Assembly: GCA_041288095.1 (NCBI GenBank)
Contig: JBGGMJ010000193.1
Location: 1 to 18,281 of the forward strand
Reading direction: 5' to 3'
Source: Myxococcota bacterium
GTDB taxonomy: Bacteria > Myxococcota > XYA12-FULL-58-9 > JALHOP01
Length of the DNA: 18,281 nt
Shown in pieces: positions 15,374 to 18,281 of the stretch. The translations under genes and the position numbers were made by a program. Under the pieces are notes generated by a model. It was given only the letters and a program-made list of their open reading frames with translations, did not search any database and had not been told where the DNA came from. The stretch's first letter is position 1; each line of letters starts with the position of its first letter.

Positions 15374-16986
15374 TCTCCTTTCTACGAAACCTCTCGATCT
15401 TCTGGAAAATCTTTTCCGCCATTTCCGCGGTGGTCTTGGCGGTCGTCATTCTCCAGCTGCTGTACTTCCCGGCGCGCCAGATCAGCGGGCTCAACGCGGC
15501 GCTGCGTGACAAGGGCGAAGCACTCGTGCGCCTGCTCTCCTACCAAGCCGGCCCCGCCATCGACTTCGGCGACAGCAAGGCCATCGTCGAGAGCTTTCGC
15601 GGTGCCTCGCGCGACCCCGACTTCGCCTTCGCTATAGCGTTTGCCGAAGACGGCAAGCGCTTGGCCGAATATACCGACGAGCGTCGACTCGCCGAGCTGC
15701 GCGTCGAACGCTTCATCTTCGAACGCTTGCTGCCGCTCGAGCGGCAGATCGAGCACAAGGTCGAGACTATCGGCAACGTGCTCTTGGTCTACGGCTCGAC
15801 GACGTCCGAGAGCGGCGCGCAGGGAAGCGTCGTCCTTGGGCTGTCGACCAATCGGGTGCAGAACGAGATCCTCGCGGTGCAGAGCGCGACGTTCCTGCTC
15901 GGCGCGGTCATTCTCGCCGGTGCGTTCCTGGTCGCCTTCATCCTGGCGCGCTTCATCGCGACGCGCCTCACCGTGATGTCCGATGTCGCCGAGAAGGTGG
16001 CGCATGGCGATCTCTCGCATCCTCCGCTCGTCGTCGGCGCCGAGGACGACATCGGTCGCATGGCCGGTGCCTTCAACCGGATGCTCATCAGCCAGCGCAA
16101 CCTGGTGAAACAGATCAACGACACGGCGGTGCAGCTCAACGGCGTCGCCGGAGAGTTCTCCGAGAACGCGCGTCAGCAGGAGCAAGGCGCTCGCGAACAG
16201 TCGTCGAGCCTCGAGGAAGTCTCGAGCAGCATGTCCGCTTTGTCGGACACGGCACGCGTCATCGCCTCCAACGCCGACTCGATGAGTCAAGTCTCCGAGG
16301 AAATGTCGACCACCGTCCGAGTCGGGCAGGACGCGCTGCGTATCGCGCGCAACGCCATCGGTGAAATCGCCGAGCAGAACGACCTCATCGCCGACCGCAT
16401 CAACAAGCTCTACGAGAAGTCGCAAGCGATCATCAACGTCGTCGACATCATCGACGACATCTCCGATCGCCTCGACCTCTTGGCCTTGAACGCCGCCCTC
16501 GAGGGGTCACGCGTCGGCGACATCGGCAAGGGCTTCTCGCTCGTGGCGCAGGAAATGCGCCGTCTCGCCGAGAACGTCATCGGCTCGACCAAGGAGATCA
16601 AGGAGACCATCGAGGAGATCCATCGCTTCATCCAGGCGTCGCTCGAGGCGAGTCAGCAGGGCACGTCGACGAGCCGCCAGGGCGTCGAAGAGATGGCGAA
16701 GATGGCCGCGTCGATGGGCAGCATCTTCGGTCTCATCGAGCAGGCAACGGAATCGGCCCGCAAGATCACCGTGAGCACGCAGCAGCAGCTCTCGAGCACC
16801 CAGCAGATGGTGGCGGCGATGGGCGAGGTTGCGGCGGTCTCGAACCAGGGCTTGGTCTCGGCGCAGGAGGTCACCCGGGCCGCCGGTGACATGAGCGACC
16901 TGGCCGGACGCCTGCGCGACCAAGTCAGCAGGTTCCGCATCGATGGCTCGGGAAAACAGGCGACTAGCGTCCCGAAGCGCCTGTAA
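15370..16986 (+). CDS. Membrane-bound methyl-accepting chemotaxis protein (TM - periplasmic PAS/Cache-like sensor - TM - HAMP - MA domain)
   Basis: Two hydrophobic TM segments, HAMP (VAHGDLS...DDIGRMAGAFNRM) and hairpin tip LDLLALNAALEGSRVGDIGKGFSLVAQEMRRLAE, with EE/QQ methylation-type pairs. ATGA overlap with the YfiR-like gene. No C-terminal NWETF-like pentapeptide. Confidence 0.92.
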   Translation: MISFLRNLSIFWKIFSAISAVVLAVVILQLLYFPARQISGLNAALRDKGEALVRLLSYQAGPAIDFGDSKAIVESFRGASRDPDFAFAIAFAEDGKRLAEYTDERRLAELRVERFIFERLLPLERQIEHKVETIGNVLLVYGSTTSESGAQGSVVLGLSTNRVQNEILAVQSATFLLGAVILAGAFLVAFILARFIATRLTVMSDVAEKVAHGDLSHPPLVVGAEDDIGRMAGAFNRMLISQRNLVKQINDTAVQLNGVAGEFSENARQQEQGAREQSSSLEEVSSSMSALSDTARVIASNADSMSQVSEEMSTTVRVGQDALRIARNAIGEIAEQNDLIADRINKLYEKSQAIINVVDIIDDISDRLDLLALNAALEGSRVGDIGKGFSLVAQEMRRLAENVIGSTKEIKETIEEIHRFIQASLEASQQGTSTSRQGVEEMAKMAASMGSIFGLIEQATESARKITVSTQQQLSSTQQMVAAMGEVAAVSNQGLVSAQEVTRAAGDMSDLAGRLRDQVSRFRIDGSGKQATSVPKRL

Positions 16987-16997
16987 GCCGTATCCCG

Positions 16998-17026
16998 TTG
17001 ACCCCATTTTTCGCGCATGTTATTGC
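16998..17026 (+). promoter_or_regulatory. Putative tRNA promoter
   Basis: TTGACC (16998-17003), 17 bp, TATTGC with an upstream TG, followed by a GC-rich discriminator-like GCGCGCC. The -10 lacks its final T. Confidence 0.45.
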
Positions 17027-17076
17027 GCGCGCCTCTCGTTGGTGGTGGCTCATAGCACCCGCCGGCGGGCCAGGTT

Positions 17077-17152
<76 letters not shown>

Positions 17153-17177
17153 ACTGCTCGAGCGCCCCCCGTAAGCC

Positions 17178-18281
17178 TCACTCGTCTCGCAGCAGCGCCG
17201 CCGGCTTCTTGCCCAAGGCGCTCCAGGTGGCGATGGCACCGACCGCGAGCGACGCCATGGTGCCGAAGACCAAGGTCGCAGCCAAAGCTCCGGGTGCCGG
17301 CTGCCAAGGCATGTCCATGAGGCCGACGAGCACGCCGTAGGCGGCGCCGGAGCCCAAGAGACTCGCGACGACCGCGGTGGCGAAGCCGGTGAGGCCATGC
17401 TCCGCGAGGAACACGCCCGCCGCCGTGGCGCGGGTCGCGCCCACGACTTTGAAGATGACCGCGTCCTGCACGCGCTGTGTTTGCGTCGCGATGATGCCGC
17501 CGGCGAGCACCAGGATGCCCATGAGCAAGGTCAGCGCCGCTGCCGAGCGTACCGCCGCGCCGATGGCCGCCATGATGGACTGAAGGCGCGTTACCCCCTC
17601 GCGCACACGCACCGTCGACACGTGGGGAAAATCCTTGGCGACACGCGCGAAGACGGTCTCCTCGTGGGCCGCATCGACGTGGGCGGTCGCGAGCACGGTG
17701 TGGGGCGCGCCGGCGAGCGCGCCTGGCGAGAGGACGACGGTGAAGTTGATGTTCATGCCCCGCCAGTCGATGTCGCGCAGGCTCGCGATGGTCGCCGTGA
17801 GCTCGCGTCCGAGGATACTGAACGTAAGCGTGTCGCCGACCGTGACTCCGAGGTCACGCGCCAGCTCGGCGTCGAACGAGACCAGCGGTGGCCCGGCGTA
17901 GTCTTCGGCCCACCACGCGCCCTCGACGAGGCGCGTCGCTTCGGGAGGACGCGCCGCATAGGTCAGGCCTCGGTCACTCTCGATCGCCCAACGCGAGCGC
18001 TCGGGCACGGCGAGCGTCTCGACTGATTTGCCGTCGACGGCGAGGATGCGGCCGCGCAACATCGGTACGCTGTCGATGCGCGTCACCCCGGGTAACACCG
18101 AGACCTGTTCGTTGAAGGCCGTGGCCTCGGCCGCCTGGATATCGACGAAGAAAAACGCGGGTGGGTTCGTCGTGCGTCCTTCGCCGAGCTCGCGGGAGAG
18201 GTTGCTCTCGATGACCGCGATCGCGGCCAACACGGTGAGGCCCAAGCCCAAGGTCATCGCGGTGCGGTTGGTGCTCGTCGC
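17178..18281 (-). CDS. ABC transporter permease, FtsX/MacB-type (YbbP-like); C-terminal part only, 5'-truncated by the window edge
   Basis: Frame open to the window end. PAFFFVDIQ, VPMLRGRI, DRGLTY, LGVTVGDTLTFSILGR, SLRDIDW....NF and the FtsX-type R.QDAVIFKVVGATR are followed by three TM helices and the terminal PAALLRDE. Confidence 0.85.
   Translation of the reverse strand, partial: ATSTNRTAMTLGLGLTVLAAIAVIESNLSRELGEGRTTNPPAFFFVDIQAAEATAFNEQVSVLPGVTRIDSVPMLRGRILAVDGKSVETLAVPERSRWAIESDRGLTYAARPPEATRLVEGAWWAEDYAGPPLVSFDAELARDLGVTVGDTLTFSILGRELTATIASLRDIDWRGMNINFTVVLSPGALAGAPHTVLATAHVDAAHEETVFARVAKDFPHVSTVRVREGVTRLQSIMAAIGAAVRSAAALTLLMGILVLAGGIIATQTQRVQDAVIFKVVGATRATAAGVFLAEHGLTGFATAVVASLLGSGAAYGVLVGLMDMPWQPAPGALAATLVFGTMASLAVGAIATWSALGKKPAALLRDE

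Overview
GC-rich bacterial chromosomal window, probably Myxococcota/Deltaproteobacteria-like (inferred from the MCP tip sequence and gene set). It holds about 12 protein genes and one tRNA. In order: a 5'-truncated helical-repeat hypothetical protein; an M23 metallopeptidase (-); a PlsC-type acyltransferase; a secreted SpoIVB/S55-like serine protease and an adjacent secreted beta-propeller/FN3/Ig protein; a tandem-LPP20 lipoprotein; a DcrB/DUF1795-like protein; a translationally coupled AddB/AddA helicase-nuclease pair; a YfiR-family protein coupled to a methyl-accepting chemotaxis protein; tRNA-Ala(CGC); and a 5'-truncated YbbP/FtsX-type ABC permease (-). I saw no CRISPR array, integrase or transposase. 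The best candidates for something undescribed are: (1) a YfiR plus MCP module whose sensor domain resembles YfiN, i.e. Yfi-type envelope sensing wired to chemosensory output; (2) an apparently circularly permuted, PDZ-less SpoIVB protease with a beta-propeller partner; (3) a consensus beta-clamp-binding motif (QLSLF) in the AddA linker; (4) repeated leaderless-type -10 promoters. All family calls come from motifs read by eye and comparisons recalled from memory. No database search was run.
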